In this document: one piece after another, positions 37,837 to 47,631 of the stretch | How the letters are laid out: the number at the start of each line of letters is the position of its first letter | Numbering within the stretch: the stretch's first letter is position 1 | NCBI GenBank assembly: GCA_964424455.1 | Contig: CAYRJA010000005.1 | Coordinates: 3,344-67,343, forward strand | From: an uncultured Bifidobacteriaceae bacterium | GTDB taxonomy: Bacteria; Bacteroidota; Bacteroidia; Chitinophagales; UBA10324 | Length of the DNA stretch: 64,000 bases | Reading direction: 5' to 3' | Translations under genes and position numbers: made by a program | The notes under the pieces: model-generated | Told to the model about the DNA's origin: nothing | The model's database searches: none | The model's input: only the letters and a program-made list of their open reading frames with translations

Positions 37837-39680
37837 GAAACAACATTTTTTTCTTTAGTTGTTTCCTTAGTTATACTTTGGTTTGTTTCAGCCGGGTTCT
37901 TTGCATTGAGAAAATGGTCTCTCGCAATTAATGCTGCTCCAAAAGAAACTACATACTGTGGTTCCTCCAGTACAGAAATTTTTTGATTGAAATTTTCCTC
38001 CAGCATTTTCTTTAAATACGGATGGTGTGCGATGACACCACCAATCATTACAGTGGGAATGGATGGAGCAATACGCATCTTCGCCACACGGCTTCCGATA
38101 GAGAGGTATATTCCTTTAGCAAGGTTTTCAATTGGCTGTCCGTCAAAAATCCATTTCATTATTTCTGTTTTAGCGAACACGGTACAGAAACTGTTCAACT
38201 CCTGTTTGTAGTCCGATTGTTCGGCAAGGCGGCTCATCTCTTTTATGTCAATTCCCGCACGCTCCGCAATTTCTGTAAGGAAGGCTCCGGTTCCTGCAGC
38301 GCATTTATCGTTGAGATAAAAATTTTCCACCTTACCTTCTTTATCCGTATGGATAACTTTGATGTCTTCGCCGCCTATATCAAGTATATTTTTTTCTCCT
38401 GGGATAATTTCATTCACACCTTCTGCCGCACAATTAATTTCTGTTTTAACAATATCGCCATCAGGGAAATTTTTTCTTCCATATCCCGTTGCGCAGGAAA
38501 ACTTAACCGGAAACTCTTCCATAATGGCATTGATGATATGTTTGGAAGCGATTTTGTCGCGGTTCAGTGTCTTTAACAGGTAACGGAATACGATGTGTTT
38601 CTCTTCGTCAATCACCGTAAACTTGGTATATGCCGACCCCAGATCAATTCCGAGAAAGCAATTACCTTTTGGATGAATATGTTTTTTGAGAGAGATTTTT
38701 GATTTGGAAACATTAGCTTGCTGATGCGATACTTCCGACAGAATATTTTTCTGTGTCATCGCTTTCACCATATTCACCATAGATAGATTCAGCGGTGTAC
38801 GGATATAGTGCTTTCTTCCATATTCTACCAGTTTGCCATTCATATAATCAATCTCGGTCTGGCGGTTGTTCATTAAATCTCCTGCAAGCGATGGATAGTG
38901 ATTGCCGCCTTTGCGCAGGTATCTTAAACAGTTGCGAATGAAATCATCGGGGAAACGAATTTTTTCAGCTTCTGCTACACGAACTGCTTCCTCTATTATT
39001 TGTTCAATGAGTTCAATGGTATCGGGGAATGCCATTGCTTCAGCCATAGTGAAGCGTCCTATTCCGCACAATGCGGAGAGGGATGAATTTAAAATCGTTT
39101 TCTCCCAAGCACATTTTGTTAACTCAAAAGAGGATATGGATTTTGTTTCTAATTGAACGCTGTTCAGAATTGAAGCAATTTCGTCTGTAATGTTTTTCCT
39201 GCTTTCATCCAGTGGTGCAATATAGTTTGGAGGATTGAAGAAGGTAACTTTCACCGTATTAGGAGCAGAAAGATTCCCCGCAAAATTGATGACCATTCTT
39301 CCGGTTCTCTTCTCTCCGGCTTTATCCGCCAGGATATGCTCTACATCAATGCCGTTTTGTGCAGAAATAAAAAACGAAGTACTGTCTTGGGGTATATCAT
39401 TCAGAATACTTTCCACCTGATATGATTTCAGGCATACAAAAACTATTTCCGGATGCTGCTTTAGTAATTCTGCTGCTGATGGATATATTTTTTCAAATCG
39501 TGCTTTTTTCTCAATCGCATTTTCGAGCCGGATTCCTTCATTCTTAATTTGATTTGCTTTTATTCTGTCATTGTCACAAATCAGAACATTGCAGCCTGCC
39601 TCCTGAAAGTGCACGGCAAGAATCATCCCGACGGGACCTAAGCCGACGATTCCGATTGTTTTATTTTTTTCTGTACTCAT
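37833..39680 (-). CDS. fusion protein: ketopantoate-reductase (ApbA/PanE) family oxidoreductase + BcrAD/BadFG-type activase ATPase
   Basis: 615 aa. The N-terminal half has IGIVGLGPVGMILA, WEKTILNS and PSLAGDLMNNRQTEIDYMNGKLVEYG (PanE family). The C-terminal half has LGIDLGSAYTKF, NDKCAAGTGAFL and FCTVFAKTEI (activator cluster cysteines). Confidence 0.8.
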   Translation of the reverse strand: MSTEKNKTIGIVGLGPVGMILAVHFQEAGCNVLICDNDRIKANQIKNEGIRLENAIEKKARFEKIYPSAAELLKQHPEIVFVCLKSYQVESILNDIPQDSTSFFISAQNGIDVEHILADKAGEKRTGRMVINFAGNLSAPNTVKVTFFNPPNYIAPLDESRKNITDEIASILNSVQLETKSISSFELTKCAWEKTILNSSLSALCGIGRFTMAEAMAFPDTIELIEQIIEEAVRVAEAEKIRFPDDFIRNCLRYLRKGGNHYPSLAGDLMNNRQTEIDYMNGKLVEYGRKHYIRTPLNLSMVNMVKAMTQKNILSEVSHQQANVSKSKISLKKHIHPKGNCFLGIDLGSAYTKFTVIDEEKHIVFRYLLKTLNRDKIASKHIINAIMEEFPVKFSCATGYGRKNFPDGDIVKTEINCAAEGVNEIIPGEKNILDIGGEDIKVIHTDKEGKVENFYLNDKCAAGTGAFLTEIAERAGIDIKEMSRLAEQSDYKQELNSFCTVFAKTEIMKWIFDGQPIENLAKGIYLSIGSRVAKMRIAPSIPTVMIGGVIAHHPYLKKMLEENFNQKISVLEEPQYVVSFGAALIARDHFLNAKNPAETNQSITKETTKEKNVVS

Positions 39681-40897
39681 TGATACACTTTTGATGATTC
39701 TATCTGCTCAATAAATGTTTCAATCTTTGTTATGCTCTGCCCTTCGGAGAAAAACCTCAGGTCGCATAAATCACCTTCAATAACTAAATAAGGAACGCCG
39801 GTTATTTCTCTCAGGCGCTGTGGCATACCAAACTTGGCGTTTGAATTATTGAAGCAGGTTTTTGTATCATGAAACAATATTCCGTCGCATTGATATTCTT
39901 TCAACCACGATGCCAGCATTTTCATTTTGGCTTTTTCACTTCGGTTGATAAATATTTTTGTATAGGCAAGCGCTGAAGATTCGAACGGCTCATTCTCATC
40001 AAACTCATCAAACACCCAACTGCTGCAATAAGTGGAAGCCACCACAGAAGTACGGTTTTCAATGAACAAGTCCGACAACATTCTGATTTTTCCCCATATA
40101 GGCATTCCTTCCCAGAAAAGCCGGCACTGTTCATTCTTTACCGCTCCGGTATGATTCTTAACATTCTCCTGAAGTTCCTGTAACAGCTTCGCATAATAAT
40201 CTTTTGCCTGCTCTGTTCCGCGCATCACTACAATTGGACCCATGTGAATGACTCCATCGAAGAAGCTGAGAGGTGCGGGAGAAGCTGTTGAAGTTTTCAG
40301 TACTTGTTGCCAAAGAAGTGTAGCTTCTTTGCTGAGGAGAATCGTGTGTTTGAACCGATCTAAATCGAAATTGTTCCCACTTGTCTGTTCACAAAGGGGA
40401 ATTATTTTTTTGAACTGTTCAATGACTAATGCGATTTCATCTTTCGTTACTTCATCCACATAACGCGGCGGGTGTATTCCCGCAATGGGGCAATTAAATT
40501 CTTTAGCAAAAAAACTGAACCAGTCCTGCACTTCACGGCATTGGTTGGTATTGTAAACAATCAAGTCGGGCTTGGGAATGGAAGTCATTCCATAGTGCTT
40601 CTGAAGCGGAGTTTGTTTTTTTAAATAGGAGCCAATGTCAGAGGTAGTATAAGAGCAAATGTGATTGGAATAACCATAAGTGGCTGCTTCTGGAATAAGA
40701 TCCATAGCAGTGCGGGTTGCACCTAATAGCGCTCCGTGGTTTTCAGGGAAATAAACTTCAAAGCCAAACGAACGAAGTAATTCGGCAGGACCCACACTGG
40801 TACACCAGGCAACAGGATTACCATCCGACCCGAGCGACCGGAAATAGTTGCCCATCAGATTTTTCAAAAGCGCCGTTGATTTTATTTCATACATCAT
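39677..40897 (-). CDS. 2-hydroxyacyl-CoA dehydratase / benzoyl-CoA reductase B/C-family subunit (orphan single subunit)
   Basis: 406 aa with VAWCTSVGPAELLRSFGFEVYFPENHGA, typical of the HgdA/B and BcrB/C family. It overlaps the fusion gene by 4 nt. Confidence 0.8.
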   Translation of the reverse strand: MMYEIKSTALLKNLMGNYFRSLGSDGNPVAWCTSVGPAELLRSFGFEVYFPENHGALLGATRTAMDLIPEAATYGYSNHICSYTTSDIGSYLKKQTPLQKHYGMTSIPKPDLIVYNTNQCREVQDWFSFFAKEFNCPIAGIHPPRYVDEVTKDEIALVIEQFKKIIPLCEQTSGNNFDLDRFKHTILLSKEATLLWQQVLKTSTASPAPLSFFDGVIHMGPIVVMRGTEQAKDYYAKLLQELQENVKNHTGAVKNEQCRLFWEGMPIWGKIRMLSDLFIENRTSVVASTYCSSWVFDEFDENEPFESSALAYTKIFINRSEKAKMKMLASWLKEYQCDGILFHDTKTCFNNSNAKFGMPQRLREITGVPYLVIEGDLCDLRFFSEGQSITKIETFIEQIESSKVYQ

Positions 40898-40911
40898 TGT
40901 ACATATATTAG

Positions 40912-42678
40912 TTATACCGGTTGTTTCAGATTTAAAGAGTTTAACTCATTCGCATCGCGCAGATAGACAACATATACCTTTTCTTTTAGTCTGTTATCAC
41001 CGTTGTAAAGATTTTCCAATTCAGCTTTATATGCTTTGAATACATTGTTGGGTGCTACTTTCATTGACGGAGTAAGTGTTCCTTTATCAATGGACAGTTC
41101 ATCATCAATAATCAATGCTGCTTTTATTTTGGCAAACTTTTGTTTCACTCCACAGTTTGCATCATTCAGGCATCCTTGCAGGCAATGACTAAGTTCATTC
41201 AAATTGCGCGGACAAAAGCATCCTTCAAGCGGCGAGACCTCGTAGTCGGGATTTTCAATTAGTTTTTTGTTCGGAAATAATAATGCCACAGGATATTCTC
41301 TTCCACCACCGGTAACCACAGCAAATGAAATGTAATGACATTTACTTTGAATGATGGATTCCATTTCTGTTGGAATCACTTTTTCACCATTGGTTAATTT
41401 AAAAATACGGTCTTTGCGGGTAATCAGCTTCAATCCTTTTTCTGTTATCTCACCAACATCACCGGTTCTGAACCATCCGTCAGCCGTAAAGATGTCTTTA
41501 TTGGCTTCATCGTTTTTGTAATAGCCGCACATCACATTAGGTCCTTTCACCTGAATTTCATTCTCTTCACCCAACCGTATGCTCACACCCGGAATTGGTT
41601 TTCCGACCACTCCGGCTTCGCGTTTTATTTTCGGATTCGTCAGAGTGCAGCAAGGTGATGTTTCCGTTAATCCCCAACCTTCTATCACTGGAATTTTTCG
41701 TTTCTCAAATTCACGGGATAGGTTTTCTGGCATAGGCGCAGCGGCAGTAAAGACAAACTTTAATCCTGAATGGAAAAATAATTCTTCTGCTTCTCTACTT
41801 TCTTTAGTAAGTTCAAACAATGCCTGATAAACCTTTGGTACACTGAAAAATACTGTAGGTTTAATTTTTTTCCAGTTTTCAAAAATCATCCCTGTATCTT
41901 TTCCATAACCTGACTCCAGCGAATACACAGCGCCGCGATATACAGCATTGAACAATTCAAAGATTCCGCCAAAACTATGATGCCATGGCAGGTAGGAAAG
42001 AAAGCGGTCATTTTCATTCAGGTCCCACCAATCCACTCCATCTAATGCTGCCTGTTGCGATAAAATATTTTTGTGTGAAAGCCGTACACATTTTGGAATA
42101 CCCATTGTGCCTGAAGTGTACATTTCCAGACATATTTCATCGGGTGGTGCATTGAAGTTCAGTAAGAAGTTATTATCGCTCCGTTCCTTTTTTAATTTTT
42201 CAAATTCAACAATGTTTTTAAAATTTAATGGGTTAATGTTTTTTTCAAATACAAATATTTTCTTCAGAGAGATTTCATCAGGAATGTTACTGAGTTGCTG
42301 TTCACCTTCAACAGCAAGATATCCGGCTTCTGAATGGTTAATCAGCAATTCGGCGGTATCTTTCTTAAAGCCCGCAAAAATTGGAACGGCAATTCCACCT
42401 ACAGACATTACGGCTAATTCCATTTCCAGCATTGCCTTACAGTTGCGTGAAAAGATGACCATCTTTTCACCTTCTGAAAATCCAAGTTGTTTCAGATTAT
42501 ATGCAATATTCAGAATATCGTTGTAGCTATCTTTCCATGTGATGCCCGTATAGTTACCTTCAACTTTCTCCTGAAAAATAATTCGTTCCTCAAAACGGTG
42601 TACATTATTTCTCAGCATCGTAGAAATATTCGGAACGATGTTGCCTGACTTATTATCTGATTCGAGTATCACGGGCAC
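40912..42678 (-). CDS. AMP-dependent acyl-CoA synthetase/ligase
   Basis: 588 aa with YTSGTMGIPKCV, GWGLTETS and GWFRTGDVG. The substrate cannot be read from the sequence. Confidence 0.85.
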   Translation of the reverse strand: MPVILESDNKSGNIVPNISTMLRNNVHRFEERIIFQEKVEGNYTGITWKDSYNDILNIAYNLKQLGFSEGEKMVIFSRNCKAMLEMELAVMSVGGIAVPIFAGFKKDTAELLINHSEAGYLAVEGEQQLSNIPDEISLKKIFVFEKNINPLNFKNIVEFEKLKKERSDNNFLLNFNAPPDEICLEMYTSGTMGIPKCVRLSHKNILSQQAALDGVDWWDLNENDRFLSYLPWHHSFGGIFELFNAVYRGAVYSLESGYGKDTGMIFENWKKIKPTVFFSVPKVYQALFELTKESREAEELFFHSGLKFVFTAAAPMPENLSREFEKRKIPVIEGWGLTETSPCCTLTNPKIKREAGVVGKPIPGVSIRLGEENEIQVKGPNVMCGYYKNDEANKDIFTADGWFRTGDVGEITEKGLKLITRKDRIFKLTNGEKVIPTEMESIIQSKCHYISFAVVTGGGREYPVALLFPNKKLIENPDYEVSPLEGCFCPRNLNELSHCLQGCLNDANCGVKQKFAKIKAALIIDDELSIDKGTLTPSMKVAPNNVFKAYKAELENLYNGDNRLKEKVYVVYLRDANELNSLNLKQPV

Positions 42679-42699
42679 ATTTGTTTTTAGGTTAATATT

Positions 42700-43572
42700 T
42701 TATCCTGTAACAGCAGCTTCTTTTTCCTTTAATTTTCTATCTCTGTATCCGCCCCACAATGCCGCACCAATGGCTCCCGCATAAATTGAATCGGGATGTG
42801 CCAGCACTTCAAACTTCTTGTTGCCTTCTTCTATTGCTTCCTCAATAGCTCTTAGCATACCACTATTTAAAGCCATGCCTCCTGTAAGTACTATCGGTGA
42901 TTCTGATTTGAGCGAACTCATCAGTTTAATGATTCGTGAAGCGATGGAGATATGAATTCCTTTGATAATGTCAGGTGTTTTTACTCCTCTTGAAACCATA
43001 TTAATTACATCAGTCTCCGCTAATACAGCACAAATTCCTGAAGAAACTTCCGGCTGTTCCGACTGCTTAGATATGTCACCCAGCTCTTCAATGGATAAGC
43101 CGAGATAACGGGAAATGTTTTCTAAAAACTGCCCCGAACCGGATGCGCACTGTCCTGTCATTTTGTAATCCATTACACGTGCGCTATCAGAAATTTTTAT
43201 AGCACGAACATATAGTGCACCCATATCAATAACGGTTTTTGCGTTCGGGAAAAGATATTTGGCGCCTTTAGCATGAGTAGTCATACCATAAAAATGTCCG
43301 CGCTTCCTTTTTACTAAATCGCCTTCACCGGTAGATGCGAGATAAGCAATGTCTTCATATTTCAGATTATGTTTTGCGAGCATGGCTTTAATCATGTCGT
43401 CTGAAACCTGCGAAGGATCTCGCTTGCGAATTTTTTCGGTTTGTCTGTCAAGCAATTTTGACTGCAAACCTTCATCGTCCTCATTTGAATGAGATGTGGT
43501 GTATTCCATCAAAACCAACTTGATGTAGTTACTGCCGACATCAATTCCCATTGTTAAAAAATCTGAATTCAT
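42700..43572 (-). CDS. bcrD: benzoyl-CoA reductase ATPase subunit, BcrD/BadG-like
   Basis: 290 aa with MGIDVGSNYIKLV, GQCASGSGQFLE and ICAVLAETDVI. It is the second of two different BcrAD_BadFG ATPases in tandem. Confidence 0.7.
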   Translation of the reverse strand: MNSDFLTMGIDVGSNYIKLVLMEYTTSHSNEDDEGLQSKLLDRQTEKIRKRDPSQVSDDMIKAMLAKHNLKYEDIAYLASTGEGDLVKRKRGHFYGMTTHAKGAKYLFPNAKTVIDMGALYVRAIKISDSARVMDYKMTGQCASGSGQFLENISRYLGLSIEELGDISKQSEQPEVSSGICAVLAETDVINMVSRGVKTPDIIKGIHISIASRIIKLMSSLKSESPIVLTGGMALNSGMLRAIEEAIEEGNKKFEVLAHPDSIYAGAIGAALWGGYRDRKLKEKEAAVTG

Positions 43573-43621
43573 AGCGCTTCGTTTTTTACAATTTTATTGT
43601 ATCAATTAATTGAATGATTAT

Positions 43622-45049
43622 TTAAGCGTTCACTGCCTTCTTCGCACTGGGTAACTCTACCTTTTCATTCCTGCGCGCAAACATTGCTCCGCCCAAAGCT
43701 CCCATAAAAATGGAATCGGTATGAATGTTTATTGTGATTGTATCACCGTAGTTATCCCGTACCAATTTCTGCAAGTGATTTACCACCGCCACATTTCTTG
43801 CCACACCACCTGTGAAAGTAAATTCGTTAAATACGCCGCCCGATCTTGCCAGCAGCGACATTGCACGCATAACAATTGCTTTGTGCAATCCGCCTAAAAT
43901 ATCTTCGCGCTTCTCTCCGAGATTGGTTAGTTCGCGTAATTCAGCGCCGGCAAATACGGTACAAGTTGAGCAGATGCTGACTTCTTTCTGTGCATTGTTT
44001 GCCATAGGACCAAGTTCGTTAAGAGAGATGCTCATTTCATCAGCGATATAACCAAGATAACGTCCGCATCCTGCAGCACAACGGTCGTTCATCTGGAAAC
44101 TGGTAACCAGACCGTACTTGTCCACCTGAATGGCTTTGGTATCCTGTCCGCCAATATCCAGTACTGTTCTTGTATTTGGGAAGAATGCGTGTGCGCCAAA
44201 AGCGTGACACAAAATTTCGGAGCGGATGCACTCCTGCGGGAACGGAAGCAACGCCCTTCCATATCCGGTGCCTGTCATATTCTCAATATTAAATTCCAGG
44301 TCAGCAACTTCATCAATATGGTTGCGCAGCGACTCAGATACATTTTTGAAATCGCCTTTGAGTAAATACATTTCCATATCAAAAGCATCTTCATCTTTTA
44401 TTTCCACATCGGCTGGTTTGTCCGGCAGATTGTCGTACTTATCTTTCAACACTTCCATTGCCTGATGAACAAGTCCTTTGAAATCAAAATTGATGACTTC
44501 ATTTTCAGCAGGGGTAATACTTTTATCCCACACTGTCATTAAAGGTTCAAAGAGGGAAATATCTAATTTGGCAACTTCTTCATTGTATTTCTCGGAAACG
44601 ATATCACGGAAGAATTGATTTTTTGCACCGAGGTTATTGTAGAGATAGTCGTGTTTAATCTTAGGTTTGAAAGATCTGCGGATGTTTCTAAGATGTTCCA
44701 CCATTTTATTCTGAGTGGCTTCATCTTTGAAAAAGGTTTTGCAGGTTTTCAGCAACTGCTCGCCTAAGTTGTCCAACCGGATTTTAAATTGTTCATACTG
44801 AAAAACACTCTCCAAATCGGAAATGTATTTTTTGTATTCCGGCTTCTCCCTTATTTCAGCATCCATATTTTTTTTGAGAACATAAAAGCGGGCGTTGTAA
44901 GTTGCTTCCATACGGGCAATGTCAGCAGCCACACTGTAATTAGCACGGGTGTTAGTGATACCGCGTCCGATAATTTCATCCTGCTCGTTGATGATTACTG
45001 CTTTGGATGTGGTTGAACCAAGGTCAACTCCTAAATAATATTTACTCAT
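43622..45049 (-). CDS. bcrA: benzoyl-CoA reductase ATPase subunit, BcrA/BadF-like
   Basis: 475 aa with YLGVDLGSTTSKAVI, a large insertion, then DRCAAGCGRYL and CTVFAGAEL. Confidence 0.7.
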   Translation of the reverse strand: MSKYYLGVDLGSTTSKAVIINEQDEIIGRGITNTRANYSVAADIARMEATYNARFYVLKKNMDAEIREKPEYKKYISDLESVFQYEQFKIRLDNLGEQLLKTCKTFFKDEATQNKMVEHLRNIRRSFKPKIKHDYLYNNLGAKNQFFRDIVSEKYNEEVAKLDISLFEPLMTVWDKSITPAENEVINFDFKGLVHQAMEVLKDKYDNLPDKPADVEIKDEDAFDMEMYLLKGDFKNVSESLRNHIDEVADLEFNIENMTGTGYGRALLPFPQECIRSEILCHAFGAHAFFPNTRTVLDIGGQDTKAIQVDKYGLVTSFQMNDRCAAGCGRYLGYIADEMSISLNELGPMANNAQKEVSICSTCTVFAGAELRELTNLGEKREDILGGLHKAIVMRAMSLLARSGGVFNEFTFTGGVARNVAVVNHLQKLVRDNYGDTITINIHTDSIFMGALGGAMFARRNEKVELPSAKKAVNA

Positions 45050-45098
45050 AATGTTGAATTGCTTAGGTTTATAAAATCATTTCTTTTGTGTTCTTCTT

Positions 45099-46394
45099 TC
45101 ATGCTGTTTCCTGTGCAAGAATAGTTTTTCTCTGTTCCAGCATCTGGAAATAACTCTCCAAACGGTTTTTGATATTGGCGTAAGAGAAGTAGCGTGGATC
45201 TACCAAATCACTTTCAATAAATCCGACAGGTATGCTGAGCCGTTGTTCAATTTCGCGCATCATCAATAATTGTCCTGCCGAGAATGAGTTGCAACTCTTG
45301 ATGGAGTTGATTAAAAAACCATCTGCCTGATATTCTTTGATGTATTTCTCCAATAAATTAACCCGCTGCGGGAGATTCAAATTAGTGTAACAGCTCATAC
45401 AATATCTTGCTAAACTTTCAAGCGGTTTGGATGAATCGTGGCGGAAACCAAAGTCATAAAAGCCGCCTACTTTCGTGTAGGTGGAGGCAACAATGACTGC
45501 TCCCATATCATAAAATATTTTCCAGAACTCGCGGAAGTTGGTCCAGTTCGGAGGACCCTCAACAACGAGACGAAATTTTTCTTCTTTCAGAACTCCTTCC
45601 GGTGTAATGGGCAGCAGACCTTGTTTTATCCTATCGCTTACTTCATTATACAACTCCTTGTAATATCCCACAGCAGTTTCAGTTCCTCTGAATGCTGTAT
45701 TCATTGGTCCCATATAATACACTCCGGCGAAGTAAGCATCAATGGGTGAAGGTTTGTTCTTAGCGCTTTCCAACACTTTCACCCAATAGTCTTCCGCTTC
45801 GGCAGAGTTATCCATCATTTTTGCAAGGCGTTCATAATCCAGTTTTTTACCTGCTACCTGTTCCATCTTAGGAATCACCTCTTCCTTCAACTGTTTCACC
45901 ATATAATCTACCATCTGTTGTGTGATTTGACCATTCTCCTGATAAGGGGTATGCAGCATGGCAACCGGAACGCCAGGATACAAACGCTCTAAATTCTCAA
46001 ACCACTTCATAAAGGTGAAACAGCCGGTATAACTCAGCAGCAGTAAATCAGGGTTGGGTATTTTTTCTCCGGAAGGACCGACATTTCCATTCAGCATCAT
46101 TCCGATATCGCACTTGACATAGGTACACACATCTTCAGAGTGTCCCATCTTTTCGGCATCTTTGATAAACGCTCCCGAACGCTTTCGCATACCTGATTGC
46201 AGTGCATTAATCTCGGGATAAACGGGCAACATATCCAAAGCGAGTATTAATTCGGTAAGGTTGCCGGGCACAAAAGTGTAAACCACTTTTTTTCCGGTTT
46301 CTTTGGCCGTGCTTAATTCTTTAAAGAGGTTGCTCAGCATTTCCTTCTGGAGCACCATGCTTTTTTCTTTGATGACTTCTTTAGTAGTACTCAT
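45099..46394 (-). CDS. bcrB: benzoyl-CoA reductase subunit, BcrB/BadE-like (HgdB-family)
   Basis: 431 aa with dehydratase-family architecture. Size and position match the B subunit of the bcrCBAD order. Confidence 0.7.
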   Translation of the reverse strand: MSTTKEVIKEKSMVLQKEMLSNLFKELSTAKETGKKVVYTFVPGNLTELILALDMLPVYPEINALQSGMRKRSGAFIKDAEKMGHSEDVCTYVKCDIGMMLNGNVGPSGEKIPNPDLLLLSYTGCFTFMKWFENLERLYPGVPVAMLHTPYQENGQITQQMVDYMVKQLKEEVIPKMEQVAGKKLDYERLAKMMDNSAEAEDYWVKVLESAKNKPSPIDAYFAGVYYMGPMNTAFRGTETAVGYYKELYNEVSDRIKQGLLPITPEGVLKEEKFRLVVEGPPNWTNFREFWKIFYDMGAVIVASTYTKVGGFYDFGFRHDSSKPLESLARYCMSCYTNLNLPQRVNLLEKYIKEYQADGFLINSIKSCNSFSAGQLLMMREIEQRLSIPVGFIESDLVDPRYFSYANIKNRLESYFQMLEQRKTILAQETA

Positions 46395-46447
46395 AGGTTC
46401 TACAGATTAAGTGTGATTTTTATTTACATTTCATTTTTCATCCGCGA

Positions 46448-47611
46448 CTAAGCCCACAGTTTTATGGAGTCGGCAAAAGTTCCAGTCTGTTCTTTGATGA
46501 CTTTAAACTGTCCTGTATTTTCATTGAATTGAAAATTGATGTGATTGAGTCCCGCATCATCGCATGCTTTCTGTAGTTGCGGTTGGTCTAATAATGCAGG
46601 ATCGCAGAAACTTGCTGCACAGAAAATCACACCGTCTGCATTTCTATTCTTCGCTTTATTCACTAACCGTTTTCCTTTCGGGTTTCCTACATCATAAAGT
46701 GCGGAAGAGAAATCACTCTTTGTCAAGAATGCTTTTGTCAATGCGTTAATCGGATCTTCAGTTGTTGCATCCACATCGCCTTTAATCCAACGTGAGCCGA
46801 GCATGAAATCATCATCTACGATGTAACATCCTGACATTTCTATTGACTTAATTAAGCCGACAGGCGGCTGTTCACAGAAAGAGCCGCTCACCACTACACG
46901 GATGTTATCCATCGGCTCGCCGCTTTCTTCCTGCAAATAATTACTCACCTGTTCCAGCATTTCGTTATGCTTTTCTACATTAATTACCATACCCGCTCTT
47001 ACGATATGATATAAATCCGCTGCTGATATTCTCCACGGGAATTCTGAACGGATGTCATACAGTTGTTCTATCAGTTTTCTATTTTTATTGTAGAGCTTAA
47101 TAGCGTGATTCAGCTTTTCGGTTGTAATCTTTACACCATTTATTTCATACATATCCTGAATAATTTCACCCAGCATTTTCTGATAAAAAACACCGCCTAT
47201 CTCCGGGTCAAAATTTTGCGGATAATCAAAGTATCGGGTGAACTTTCCCTTTTTTGCCAGCTTAAACATACCGGACAGGTTACGAATGCAATCACATATA
47301 GCAGGGAATAAGAATCCATCAAAGCCATCAAAGTTTGTATCAAGAGCCAGTTCTATTATTCCTCTCGGCAAATGGCAGATATAAGATTGGTAATATGCAT
47401 CGCCTTTGATGATTTGCTTCCGGTCACCCACACCCATTGTGCCGACAGCAAGACCGTTTGCAGCATATACAATTTCTCTTGGTATGTAAATGGGGAGATA
47501 TCCGACTAAAATTCTATCGTTACTTTCTGCCTTCCATTTTTTTGCGAATGTAAAATTCAGGTCAAAGGCAAGTTCCTTGCATTCTGTTATAATCTCCTGA
47601 AGTGATGCCAT
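46448..47611 (-). CDS. bcrC: benzoyl-CoA reductase subunit, BcrC/BadD-like
   Basis: 387 aa, dehydratase family, and the first gene of the operon. Size and position match the C subunit. Confidence 0.7.
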   Translation of the reverse strand: MASLQEIITECKELAFDLNFTFAKKWKAESNDRILVGYLPIYIPREIVYAANGLAVGTMGVGDRKQIIKGDAYYQSYICHLPRGIIELALDTNFDGFDGFLFPAICDCIRNLSGMFKLAKKGKFTRYFDYPQNFDPEIGGVFYQKMLGEIIQDMYEINGVKITTEKLNHAIKLYNKNRKLIEQLYDIRSEFPWRISAADLYHIVRAGMVINVEKHNEMLEQVSNYLQEESGEPMDNIRVVVSGSFCEQPPVGLIKSIEMSGCYIVDDDFMLGSRWIKGDVDATTEDPINALTKAFLTKSDFSSALYDVGNPKGKRLVNKAKNRNADGVIFCAASFCDPALLDQPQLQKACDDAGLNHINFQFNENTGQFKVIKEQTGTFADSIKLWA

Positions 47612-47631
47612 AATTTATTGAACTTTATAGA

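Noticed and set aside
30536-46749. Many antisense ORFs of 60-184 aa inside the catabolic operon, for example 30536-30874, 31130-31423, 33294-33638, 33649-33954, 35379-35867, 36740-37078, 38022-38576, 42071-42526 and 45438-45749.
   Set aside because: Each lies wholly inside a longer ORF with strong family motifs. None has motifs or plausible starts of its own, so they are shadow ORFs.
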